A DNA stretch of 64,000 nucleotides from Candidatus Helarchaeota archaeon (GTDB lineage Archaea > Asgardarchaeota > Lokiarchaeia > Helarchaeales > RDOG01). Shown here one piece after another: positions 49,790 to 59,316 of the stretch. The notes beneath the pieces were generated by a model that worked only from the letters and a program-made list of their open reading frames with translations, did not search any database and was not told the DNA's origin. The stretch lies in assembly GCA_019058315.1 (NCBI GenBank), contig JAHPZH010000003.1, positions 137,669 through 201,668 on the forward strand. The letters are read 5' to 3'. Position numbers and translations under genes: made by a program. How positions within the stretch are numbered: the first letter of the stretch is position 1; each line of letters starts with the position of its first letter.

Positions 49790-50590
49790 ATGGAAGAATT
49801 AAAAAAACGATTGGAAGAGAGAGAAAACGAATTAAATATTAAAAATAAACTTATAAAGAGCAAGACTGAAGAAATCGCTGAATTAAAAAAGGAAATAGAG
49901 GATTATAAGGCTGCAAAAGATGCAAAAACCATCAGTCAATACGAATCCAAGTTTAATACGTTAGAAGAGAGGATTCAAGATAAAGATGCACGAATTACCA
50001 ATTTAGAAAAAAGTATTAAACAATCAAATGACTTACTTTCGGAATATAGAGATTATAAAGAAAAATTCGAAAAATTACAAAAAGAATTTGATGAACAAAA
50101 TTCTAAACTCAAAGATCTGGAAAATATTAAAGCTGAATTAGAAACAAAGAATCGTGATCTAACTTATAAAGTTGAAAATTTGGAAGAGAGATTAGAGAGA
50201 GAAATAAAAAGTCTTAAGGCAGTTCATCAAAAAGAAATTGAAGAAATTGAAACAGCACACTCAGAAAAGGTAAAATCTTTAAAATATAAACTAGCACCAA
50301 CACAAATTTTTCTGAAATATGCAAATAAACAATTTGTAAGAGCAATGACACGTCCAAATGAGGGAATAATTCTAATATTGGACGAAACAAAGCAAAAATG
50401 GATACTTGATTATTCATTGGAACCAAATTTAATCGAACGAAGAACTGCTGAACGACAAGCGCGTAGTATTGCAAAAACAGGATTTAATATCGGTGGAAAC
50501 CGTGTTGGAGTAAGATATCAATTAGAAATAGCTGAACAAAGCATAGTTCCAGAAAAACTCCTTCGAGATCAACATAAATATAATGTTTAA
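49790..50590 (+). CDS. Long coiled-coil protein with C-terminal globular (possibly gelsolin-like) domain
   Basis: aa 1-165 coiled coil; C-terminal ILILDETKQKWILDYSLEPNLIERRTAERQARSI. Confidence 0.75.
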   Translation: MEELKKRLEERENELNIKNKLIKSKTEEIAELKKEIEDYKAAKDAKTISQYESKFNTLEERIQDKDARITNLEKSIKQSNDLLSEYRDYKEKFEKLQKEFDEQNSKLKDLENIKAELETKNRDLTYKVENLEERLEREIKSLKAVHQKEIEEIETAHSEKVKSLKYKLAPTQIFLKYANKQFVRAMTRPNEGIILILDETKQKWILDYSLEPNLIERRTAERQARSIAKTGFNIGGNRVGVRYQLEIAEQSIVPEKLLRDQHKYNV

Positions 50591-50704
50591 TTTTTAACTT
50601 CTTTTTAATTTTCACCTAAATAAAGTTTATAAAACAATTTAAAATTATTAAGTCTTACAACTGTATATTCTCCTAAAAATGAATTATGTTTAATTGGTGA
50701 TTTA

Positions 50705-51877
50705 TTGAAAATATTTTCTAGTGACCGCGTAAATGCTATAGGATCTTATGCTTTTGCTGAAGTTGACAAGATGGTTGAACATTTGATAAAAAAAGGTATT
50801 AAACCATTGGATTTTGGAGTTGGTGATCCACAAGCTCCAACACCAGATTTGATTAGAGAAGCTTGTAAAAAAGCTATTGATAATCGAAAGACAAGTGGCT
50901 ATCCAACATATACAGGAAGTCAAGAATATAGAGAAGCGATTTCAAAATGGATGAAAAAAAGATTTAATCAATATTTAAATCCTGATACAGAAATTACAAG
51001 TTCACTTGGTGGGAAAGAAGCGGTTTTTAACTTTCATTTTGGCTTTGTAAATCCTGGAGATATTGTTTTTGTTCCAAATCCTGGCTATCCTCCAGGGGAG
51101 CGTGGTACTATTTTTGCAGGGGGAAAACCGATTCTTCTACCTTTGAAGGAAGAAAATGATTTTTTAGTCGACTTAGATGCAATAAAAAAGGAACATGTAA
51201 AAAAAGCTAAAATTTTATGGATAAATTACCCAAATAATCCTACAGGAGCTGTCGCAACAGAAGAATTTTTTAAAGAAGTAATTGATTTTGGTCATGACAA
51301 TAATATTATTATAGCATCTGATGAAGTATATTCCGAACTCTATTATAAGGAAAAACCAAAGAGTATTTTAGAATATGATCGTGAGGGAATTGTTGTTATA
51401 CAATCATTATCAAAGAGAAGTTGTATGACTACATATAGGGTGGGTTGGCTTGCCGGAGATGAAAATGTTATATCCATAGTCAAAAAAGTAAAAACAAATA
51501 TAGATTCCGGAACTTGTTGGTTCATTCAAGATGCAGCTATTGCAGCCCTCAGTGATGAAGAGCATGTTAAAGTGATGCAAGAGGAATACAAACAAAAAAT
51601 GGATATCATGATCTATGCCTTGAATGAAGTTGGATTAGAAACAAGATATCCCAAAGCCACCTTTTATATATGGCAAAAAACTCCAGATAATATGTCATCT
51701 CTAGATTTTGCAAAAAAATTATTGCAAGACAAACTCGCAATCGTAACCACTCCTGGAGCTTGGATATCAAAAGAAGTTGATGGAGAAAACCCAGGAGAAG
51801 GATTTGTTCGTTTTGCTCTAGTTTCTTCTATTGAGCAGACGAAAGAGGCTGCAGAAAGGTTGAAAAAATACTATTAA
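50705..51877 (+). CDS. dapL: PLP aminotransferase class I, probable LL-diaminopimelate aminotransferase
   Basis: FGVGDP, SLGGKE, INYPNNPTGA, SLSK, KTNIDSG, PKATFYIW; clustered with dapAB and lysA. Confidence 0.85.
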   Translation: MKIFSSDRVNAIGSYAFAEVDKMVEHLIKKGIKPLDFGVGDPQAPTPDLIREACKKAIDNRKTSGYPTYTGSQEYREAISKWMKKRFNQYLNPDTEITSSLGGKEAVFNFHFGFVNPGDIVFVPNPGYPPGERGTIFAGGKPILLPLKEENDFLVDLDAIKKEHVKKAKILWINYPNNPTGAVATEEFFKEVIDFGHDNNIIIASDEVYSELYYKEKPKSILEYDREGIVVIQSLSKRSCMTTYRVGWLAGDENVISIVKKVKTNIDSGTCWFIQDAAIAALSDEEHVKVMQEEYKQKMDIMIYALNEVGLETRYPKATFYIWQKTPDNMSSLDFAKKLLQDKLAIVTTPGAWISKEVDGENPGEGFVRFALVSSIEQTKEAAERLKKYY

Positions 51878-52285
51878 TTATTTTAATTTATAATTACAAT
51901 TATAACAAATGTCCGAATAAGGTGAATTGGTAACTCCACAATTTAGGCATTTATATTTTTTCTCTTGCTCTTTTAACCATTGCTCTAAGCCAATTTCTTT
52001 TATTTTTAATGAATTTTCAATCAAGTCTATTTTATATTTATTTTTATAACGAGTATCTAGATATTTTCGTATCTTACAAGGAAAATCTTTACATTCATAA
52101 CAAAATGTCAGTTTATTTTTCTCTAAACAGCATTTTCGAATTTTACAATTCCATTTTGATATGCGTTTTTGTGTTTTATTTTGGGAAGCGCACCCATAAC
52201 AAGTCCCCTTTTTGTAAGAGGGACAGCCACCACAATAAACTCCGCAAGCTGAAGCTAGGCTTTGTGATTCAGTTCTATTTTTCAT
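51878..52285 (-). CDS. DUF3795 Cys-rich protein
   Basis: CGVYCGGC, CYGC, C.IRKCC, CYECKDFPC. Confidence 0.85.
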   Translation of the reverse strand: MKNRTESQSLASACGVYCGGCPSYKKGTCYGCASQNKTQKRISKWNCKIRKCCLEKNKLTFCYECKDFPCKIRKYLDTRYKNKYKIDLIENSLKIKEIGLEQWLKEQEKKYKCLNCGVTNSPYSDICYNCNYKLK

Positions 52286-52376
52286 TTTCTTTCCAATTAA
52301 TTTAATTTATAACAAAAATTAAAGCTTAATTATTTTAATACAAATTACCATAATTTTTACGAAATGGTGATGGGCA

Positions 52377-54317
52377 ATGATTTTTGGAAATATGGGAAAA
52401 TATTTAAGGATCAATCTTTCGACTGGAGAAATTAAGCAGGATGATCTAAATGAAGATTTATATTTTAAATATTTAGGAGGATATGGGATAAATAATAAAC
52501 TTTATCATGATTTTAGAGTCCCGAAAATTGATCCATTCAATCCGGATAGTCCAATAATAATTGGGGTAGGTGCCCTAGTAGGCACAAAATTTCCCGGAAG
52601 TGGTAAAGTAGTTGCAACTTACAAATCACCGATTATTAGCAAACCTAAACAAAAAATTCATTTTATTGATAATGCAGTAGGTGGAAGTTTTTTATTTGGT
52701 AAAATGTTAAAAAAAGCAGGATTTGACCATATAATTATTACGGGGAAAGCAAAAAAGCCTACAACAATAAAAATTTTCGAAAATGATTTAGAGTTACTCG
52801 ATGCACGAGATGTTTGGGGATCTTTAGATTTATATGAAACCAGTTTTTTTTATAAAGATAAATTTCCGAATTGTGGTACAATTTCAATAGGTGAAGGAGG
52901 AGAGAAAAAAGTAAGATATGCTATATCCATAGTTGATTGTATGGCCACATTAGGAAAGTTCGGTTTTGGGGCAGTTTTAGGTTCGAAAAATATCAAATCT
53001 ATAATTACATATGGAAAAAAGAAAATTAAAATTAAAGAGAAAGATGAATTAACGAAATTAATAAAACCTATACAAGAAGGTGTTAAAAATATACCAATTT
53101 TAAGTCAATTTAGGAAATATGGTATAAATTCTGGATTTGATTTTCAAGCACCTTTAGTAAATGAAGGGAATTTTCCATTTAGGGAATGGAAAAAACTTTA
53201 TGGGCTCCGACAATTGAAAAAAGTAAAGGGCGATTTTAATATAGCTTGTAATGCTTGTCTTTTAAAGTGCAGAACAAGTTTTGAATTAAAAGATGGCCCA
53301 TATAAAGGATTAAAGAATTATTCTGGAAGTTTTTTTCTGCCAGCAAGGATTGGAAATCGTTTAGAGATTAAGGATGCAGATAGAATATCTAAAGTTGTAA
53401 AATTATATGATATTTGTAATAGGGCAGGAATTTGCTTTTTTACTGCAACTGGATTGATTAATTGGATTACAAGACTATATAATTCAGGTAAGATTGATCC
53501 GAATAAGATAAAACTTGATTTAAAAAGGGAATTTCCAATATATCTAAAAATTTTAGAAAAAATTTTACAGCGTTCGGATATTGGTGATATTCTTGCTGAG
53601 GGTTGGTACCCAACCGGAGAATATTTTAATGCAGATCCTGATTCTTTTGCCGAAGGCGTAGGCTTCTTTAAAGGAACAGACACAATTCAAGATGGCCGTT
53701 TCACCACCATAGATCCTCAACGTTTTACATATATTACTAATCCACGTCCCCATCATGGAGGAACACAATCAATATATACAATACCTAGAATGGGGATAAA
53801 GGTGCTTCAAGAAGATTTATTGAATATGGGAGTAACTAAAAAAGAATATGATAAAGTCTTCACTGAAACTCCTTATTATGGTCCATTTAATGTTGCTTTA
53901 TACGGAAAACATGCTGAGGATGTAATGGCAGTCCATAATAGTCTTGGAACTTGTATAGTCTATACTTTATTTAGTTTAATTTCAATTCAAGTCTTAGCAC
54001 CAATTTATTCCGCTATCACAGGTAGAAAAACATCCCCTAAGGAATTAAAGAAAATCGGTGAACGAAATTTCAATTTTTATAAGATGTTAAATATCTATGA
54101 AGGATTTTCTTCTAGAGATAAAAGCTCAAAAATTTGGTTAATGCCCCGGAACACTCCTGATGGAGCTTTTTCATTAAATAATTATTATAGGACGAAGGAA
54201 TTATCTTCTGAAGACATAGAAAATCTAATAGATGACTATTATAAAGAACGAGGTTGGGATTCAAACGGTAATCCTACAAAAGAAAAATTAAAAGAGCTAG
54301 AATTGAATTTTTTATAA
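52377..54317 (+). CDS. Aldehyde:ferredoxin oxidoreductase (AOR family, divergent)
   Basis: LRINLS, YLGG.G, KSP, GAVLGSKNIK, CNACLLKC, YYKERGWD.NG.PT.EKL. Confidence 0.9.
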   Translation: MIFGNMGKYLRINLSTGEIKQDDLNEDLYFKYLGGYGINNKLYHDFRVPKIDPFNPDSPIIIGVGALVGTKFPGSGKVVATYKSPIISKPKQKIHFIDNAVGGSFLFGKMLKKAGFDHIIITGKAKKPTTIKIFENDLELLDARDVWGSLDLYETSFFYKDKFPNCGTISIGEGGEKKVRYAISIVDCMATLGKFGFGAVLGSKNIKSIITYGKKKIKIKEKDELTKLIKPIQEGVKNIPILSQFRKYGINSGFDFQAPLVNEGNFPFREWKKLYGLRQLKKVKGDFNIACNACLLKCRTSFELKDGPYKGLKNYSGSFFLPARIGNRLEIKDADRISKVVKLYDICNRAGICFFTATGLINWITRLYNSGKIDPNKIKLDLKREFPIYLKILEKILQRSDIGDILAEGWYPTGEYFNADPDSFAEGVGFFKGTDTIQDGRFTTIDPQRFTYITNPRPHHGGTQSIYTIPRMGIKVLQEDLLNMGVTKKEYDKVFTETPYYGPFNVALYGKHAEDVMAVHNSLGTCIVYTLFSLISIQVLAPIYSAITGRKTSPKELKKIGERNFNFYKMLNIYEGFSSRDKSSKIWLMPRNTPDGAFSLNNYYRTKELSSEDIENLIDDYYKERGWDSNGNPTKEKLKELELNFL

Positions 54318-54343
54318 AAATATTAAGATGAACTGATAAGTAG

Positions 54344-55540
54344 TTACACTTCTTTTCTACATTTGGGACATTTATGTTGATCCCAAGCTAAAAGCCATCC
54401 ACAATGAGGACATTTATTTATAGAAGTATCTGCAGTCATTGAATCAAATTCAGTGCCTAGAATTTCAATATCCATTTCATCACGAATGTCACCAATTACT
54501 TTTTCTATAGCAGAATCGTCCTCACCAGTTTTTGTAGAAATTGGCTTCATGGTTGCTTTTAATGGTGTATAATCTGTGCCCTTAGATTCATAAGCTTTAA
54601 CTTTTGTCATCTTAAATTTAGGTTTCAATCTTTCTTCTTCTTCACGAAGGATTTCAGTAGCTGTTTTTTCTTTTATTCTTGGTTTTACTGCAACTTTGGG
54701 AGCTAATTTACTAGCTTTTGCTATTTCTTTTGTTTTTGCTGCGGGCGTTGTAACTGGAGTTTCAGGTTCACCTTCAATTTTAGAAATAGATTGTTTCTTT
54801 AATCGTGCTATATTTGGCAACAGTTCCTCGCCTTCTTCAGATATAGGCTGTTCTGATATAATTTCAGGTTTGGGTTCTGGTTTGATAATAGTAGGAATTG
54901 GTTTGGGCTTAAGTTCATCTTTTTTCTTTGGAATGGCAATAATTGGTTTTGGAACAGCTTTTTTTCCTGGTTCTGGAATACTTACTTCAGCTTTAACAAC
55001 TTTTGGCTCGGGTATAGCTATTTCTGGTTTGGCTGGCTTCGGTTCAGCTTTCGCAGGTTCCTTTTTCTCGAGCTCTGTAAATTCCTCTATTTTTGATTGC
55101 CATTGTTTAGCACTTTCATAAACTTTTTCTTTATTAGAAACCAGATTTTCTTCAAATAAAATGAAATAGAATATCTTAGAATTACTACTTATTCTTAATT
55201 TAGAGAATATTTGGTGTCTACGGCCAAATGTTTCATCATGACCAACAAAAATCTTATTAATTTTTGCCAAATCAATAGAATTTGTATATGGCTCTCCAAG
55301 TTTACATATAATTTTATCAGCAGGTTCTCGGATAGGACTCAATTCTTCAATATTAAATCCTTTAAAAATCATATTTTTATTTGTGAGGAAAACTTTTCCT
55401 AAATATTGTAGGTTTTGTGTCTTACTTCTCAATGCAGAGAATTCAAAATCATCAGCTGTTAGAGATGCAATGTTTGAGAGTAATATATTTTCGTCTTTTA
55501 ACTCTTGATCTTCTATTTTTACATTTTTTATTTCGTCCAT
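54344..55540 (-). CDS. PH-like domain, Pro/Lys/Glu-rich linker and C-terminal zinc ribbon protein
   Basis: GKVFLTNKNMIF...IDLAKI...AKQWQSKI PH-like pattern; PxP-rich middle; CPHCG..CPKC. Confidence 0.65.
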   Translation of the reverse strand: MDEIKNVKIEDQELKDENILLSNIASLTADDFEFSALRSKTQNLQYLGKVFLTNKNMIFKGFNIEELSPIREPADKIICKLGEPYTNSIDLAKINKIFVGHDETFGRRHQIFSKLRISSNSKIFYFILFEENLVSNKEKVYESAKQWQSKIEEFTELEKKEPAKAEPKPAKPEIAIPEPKVVKAEVSIPEPGKKAVPKPIIAIPKKKDELKPKPIPTIIKPEPKPEIISEQPISEEGEELLPNIARLKKQSISKIEGEPETPVTTPAAKTKEIAKASKLAPKVAVKPRIKEKTATEILREEEERLKPKFKMTKVKAYESKGTDYTPLKATMKPISTKTGEDDSAIEKVIGDIRDEMDIEILGTEFDSMTADTSINKCPHCGWLLAWDQHKCPKCRKEV

Positions 55541-55727
55541 TTTAATACGAACTCTCCTTCTTTAAATAACGTAAATAATTTTTAAAATCTTAATCGTATT
55601 TTCCTTAAATCCTATTTTAAAAATATAATTTGATTTAAATTAAAAAGTTTAGGTTATTAACAATAAAATTTTAATGATATGTATTTTTAATTTATTTTAA
55701 ATATAGTGTTTTGGAGGTTAGAATTAC

Positions 55728-56261
55728 ATGGATCAAAGCCATTTTAGTAATATGTTTAGATGTAAAAGATGCAACCAAGAATTCGTATTATATTTGATAA
55801 AGGCTGCAGGTAGAGTTCTTGTCATTAAATGTAGATGCCCAAACCATGGTAGTAAATCTATAAAGCTCCCGCTGGCACAAAAATCCCAATATATGTCAGA
55901 TCTACATTCAGGAACCTTTCGTTGTTATAAATGTGGTGCTCCAGCAAAACTTGACAAAATGAAACTTTCAGGACCATGGACATTGATTCGTATGGTTTGC
56001 GATATACATGGAAATAAATTACCAGTTCAAAAGATTTCAACTCCAATTTACAATGAGATGATGGCACAATCCATACCTCAGAAAACCATAACAACTCATA
56101 TTTCTCCTGGGGAAAAAGTTAGGGTTGTCGTCGATGTCCCATCTAGTTGTCCTTTTTGCAAAGCCCCAATTAATAGAGAGAATGTTCAATGGTCGGGTCC
56201 AATGAGTGTAAAATGTCCCTATTGTGAAAGATCAATTCCAGCTGCAGAAAGACATATTTAA
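55728..56261 (+). CDS. Triple zinc-finger protein
   Basis: Two FRCxxC-x21-CxxHG repeats plus CPFC..CPYC. Confidence 0.75.
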   Translation: MDQSHFSNMFRCKRCNQEFVLYLIKAAGRVLVIKCRCPNHGSKSIKLPLAQKSQYMSDLHSGTFRCYKCGAPAKLDKMKLSGPWTLIRMVCDIHGNKLPVQKISTPIYNEMMAQSIPQKTITTHISPGEKVRVVVDVPSSCPFCKAPINRENVQWSGPMSVKCPYCERSIPAAERHI

Positions 56262-56291
56262 TTATCTGTTTTTAATTTTTTAGGTGTATTC

Positions 56292-56924
56292 TTGAGATTC
56301 ATTGCTTTTTCTGACTTTCATGGGATGGAGTATAAATATGAACATGCAAAAACTACCGTAAATGAAATAATTCAAACAAAAAAGATTGATTTTATTATCA
56401 TTTGTGGCGATTTAACTACTAGAGGCGGTCCTAATGCGGCGCAAAGTTTATTAAAGGTTGCAAATTTTCCTGTTGATACTTACTTTGTTTTTGGAAATAT
56501 GGATTATTTTGAAAGAATTGATCAAGATTTAGAAAACGCAATTAATATCCATTTAAATCCTGTTAAAATTAATGGTTATGATATGTTAGGGATAGGTGGG
56601 GATACTCGTGATATTAAAAAAGATATCACAGCAGTCAGAGAGATTATAAAAACCTTAAAATCAAAAATTTTAATTCTAGTTTCTCATGTAGCTCCTCACA
56701 TGCATTGTGACCTAGCTTATAACGATAGACATATAGGAAGTAAACCTCTAACAGACTTGATTAAAAATATTCAAAAAAATAAGAAAATCCTTGTTTGTTG
56801 TGGACATGTTCATGAACAATGGACCTGTAATGCTAAATTAGGAAATGCAGAGATTTGGAATGTTGGACCTAATGGAATATTATTTGAAATTATTGATTCT
56901 AATATAACTGCTCAAATATTATAG
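56292..56924 (+). CDS. Calcineurin-like metallophosphoesterase (Icc-related)
   Basis: SDFHG, GDL, GNMD, SH..P, CGHVHE, NVG. Confidence 0.9.
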   Translation: MRFIAFSDFHGMEYKYEHAKTTVNEIIQTKKIDFIIICGDLTTRGGPNAAQSLLKVANFPVDTYFVFGNMDYFERIDQDLENAINIHLNPVKINGYDMLGIGGDTRDIKKDITAVREIIKTLKSKILILVSHVAPHMHCDLAYNDRHIGSKPLTDLIKNIQKNKKILVCCGHVHEQWTCNAKLGNAEIWNVGPNGILFEIIDSNITAQIL

Positions 56925-56936
56925 GATTGATTAAAA

Positions 56937-57545
56937 ATCGGACATTTTCAAGAATATGAGGTCAAAATTCGTATATTAAATCCTTCTAAACTAATTTCCG
57001 ATATTAAAAAATTAAATGGGCAGCTTTTAAAGAATATTATTCAATATGATACTTATTTTGATAATTCTGATCATGAATTAACAAAAAATGACATCCATTT
57101 GAGGATTCGTAGAGAATTTAATGAAGAAATGAACTATTTGAGAGGGGAATTTAGTTATAAAGGGGCACACAGGGGAAAATTAATTGAAATAAGACCTGAT
57201 ACATCAATTGAACTCCTTTCTAAAGATGAAATGGATACATTAGAGTCCATTCTAAATCGCTTGGGTTATTATAAATTAGTCCTTTTTATTAAAAAACGTG
57301 AAAGATGGAAATTACAAAATATTGAATTTGAAATAGATAAAGAAGTAATTGGTGAAGTTGGAAATACAAAAATTAATCTGGGAAGTTTTTGTCAAGCTGT
57401 ATTCGAAACAGATGAATATCTGACTGAAGATAAAACAACAGACGTTTTATGGGATTCACTTAAAAAATTTGGCTATAATAAAAAAGATTTTGAAAAAAAA
57501 AGTTATATAGAATTATTTGTCAATAAAAAAAATAAAGGAATTTAA
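56937..57545 (+). CDS. CYTH / triphosphate tunnel metalloenzyme (CyaB-like)
   Basis: In-frame extension upstream of the ORF-track start reads GHFQEYEVKIRI...QYDTYFD...LRIR, then KKRERW, FEID, KKSYIEL. No ATG/GTG/TTG precedes the ExExK motif; start placed at ATC 56937. Confidence 0.8.
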   Translation: MGHFQEYEVKIRILNPSKLISDIKKLNGQLLKNIIQYDTYFDNSDHELTKNDIHLRIRREFNEEMNYLRGEFSYKGAHRGKLIEIRPDTSIELLSKDEMDTLESILNRLGYYKLVLFIKKRERWKLQNIEFEIDKEVIGEVGNTKINLGSFCQAVFETDEYLTEDKTTDVLWDSLKKFGYNKKDFEKKSYIELFVNKKNKGI

Positions 57546-58021
57546 CCTCGCCATTCGCCTTCCTTATTTAACATTCCACCGATGAAAGCCAATCCAATAA
57601 CTAACCATATACCCCAGATCATTGACCCTGTGATTATAGCACCCAGATCATCCATCTTAAAAATGACTTCTCCTGGAATTGATGGTGCAAAAATCAAAGA
57701 TGCAAATCCTGAAATAATTAAAATACCTAATAGAGACCCAATATATGCACCAGCCCCAGCTATTAGACCATATAAAGGACCTTTAGCTATTAACCCTGCA
57801 AATAATCCACCGATAATGCATATAATTACCGAAATGTAAACATTCGCAGGAAGATGTTGATAATATGCGATTCCTAGTGCGAATGCTAATGCCCGTCTTT
57901 CCACTGGACTACCCCAATATTGTAATCCAACATTAACTCCAAATATTGTATCCAAAATTAAAATTATTAGTGCTCCAGCTATCGCACCACCAGTAAGCAT
58001 GTCTTTTCCCATAATTTTCAC
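57542..58021 (-). CDS. Gly-rich four-TM membrane protein (DUF5518-like)
   Basis: IGGLFAGLIAKG..G.IAGA; LAFIGG. Confidence 0.65.
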   Translation of the reverse strand: MKIMGKDMLTGGAIAGALIILILDTIFGVNVGLQYWGSPVERRALAFALGIAYYQHLPANVYISVIICIIGGLFAGLIAKGPLYGLIAGAGAYIGSLLGILIISGFASLIFAPSIPGEVIFKMDDLGAIITGSMIWGIWLVIGLAFIGGMLNKEGEWRG

Positions 58022-58109
58022 CTAAAATTTTAAAATCAATTTGTATAATATTATAAAGACTATTTATTTTTAAGAATTATTAATAAGGTCATCTAATGAT
58101 TTTTTTCTT

Positions 58110-59180
58110 TTATTTATTTAAAAGAAAGAGTCTTTTTTTAAAGAATAGGTGGAAATCTTTTGGTAGAGATTTATAATCCTCAAATTTTAATTTATTTACA
58201 AATTGGCTTAAATCTACTGAATTATATGTATTCCAAAATAATATTGGATCCTTATCTTTCTCTTTCTTAATATGATCTATCATTGCGGCACATGTTTTGC
58301 CTGTATATGTAGTGTCTAATTCAATATTTTCATATTTTTTCATAAGTTGAACTGCTTCTAGCCCTTCTTTTGTTATTTTTCCATACTCTCCACCATAAAA
58401 ATCATCTATTATTACACTTTTTTGAATTTGTATTTCTGGAATTTTATTAGAGAACATTTTGAGATTTTTCAGTGTTTTCTTTATGAGCCATTTAACAAGA
58501 GCAGGACTAGTGGTACTTTTATCAATTACTCGTACACCTATAACTTTAGTATCGATGTTAGCTAGTTTGATACCTATTTCTAGTCCTGCAAGTGTTCCAC
58601 CAGAACCTAAGGCTAAAAATATAATTTTTGGTATAGGTATTTCACCTTGCTCAATCTGATTTTTTAATTCAAATGTTGCATTAACGAAACCCAATATCCC
58701 AACTTGATCAGAACCTCCTCCAGTAATAAAATATGAATTTGGATATTGCTTTAATAGACCTTGATCCGCTTTAATAGTCTCCTCATAAAACATTTCTGCT
58801 TTAAAATATTGAAATAATAAAAGCTTTTTTTGGACATCAGGAGTTAAAGGTTGATTAAAGAGGATAATTGCGACTTTAAAACCTAGTTTTTGACCAAATA
58901 TTGAAGTGGCAAGACAATGGTTGCTCCCAAGACCTCCGATTGTAATGACTGGGTCTTTATTTTTTCTTCTGGCATCTGCAAATAAAAATTCTAATTTCCG
59001 AGGTTTATTTCCTCCATAAAATTCCGTAGTTTGATCATCTCTTTTAATCCATAGATTATCAGTCCCAAGATAATCTCCTAGAGCTTCTAATTTATGAACT
59101 TTTGTTTTTTTAATAAGCGGTAACCAAGCAATGGAATTTTCTAAATTAGGATAAACTTCAAATAATAATGGCTTTTTCAC
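58110..59180 (-). CDS. PLP-dependent D-cysteine desulfhydrase / ACC deaminase family
   Basis: WIKRDD, GGNKPRKLEF, SNH, GSGGT, LDTTYTGK. Confidence 0.92.
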   Translation of the reverse strand: MKKPLLFEVYPNLENSIAWLPLIKKTKVHKLEALGDYLGTDNLWIKRDDQTTEFYGGNKPRKLEFLFADARRKNKDPVITIGGLGSNHCLATSIFGQKLGFKVAIILFNQPLTPDVQKKLLLFQYFKAEMFYEETIKADQGLLKQYPNSYFITGGGSDQVGILGFVNATFELKNQIEQGEIPIPKIIFLALGSGGTLAGLEIGIKLANIDTKVIGVRVIDKSTTSPALVKWLIKKTLKNLKMFSNKIPEIQIQKSVIIDDFYGGEYGKITKEGLEAVQLMKKYENIELDTTYTGKTCAAMIDHIKKEKDKDPILFWNTYNSVDLSQFVNKLKFEDYKSLPKDFHLFFKKRLFLLNK

Positions 59181-59316
59181 TTTTTTCCCTTACCTATTTT
59201 AATTTGATAGTACACTAAGTTATTGTGTTTGATTATATTATTTAAATTCTACAATAAATTCACCAATAGGGTTAAATGACAATGAATAAAATAGGTAAAA
59301 CTAAGGAGGAAAAAAA

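Noticed and set aside
56922-56930. Possible readthrough (Pyl/Sec) fusing the phosphoesterase and CYTH in one frame
   Set aside because: It would require reading through both TAG and TGA within three codons, and I recognised no SECIS-like element.
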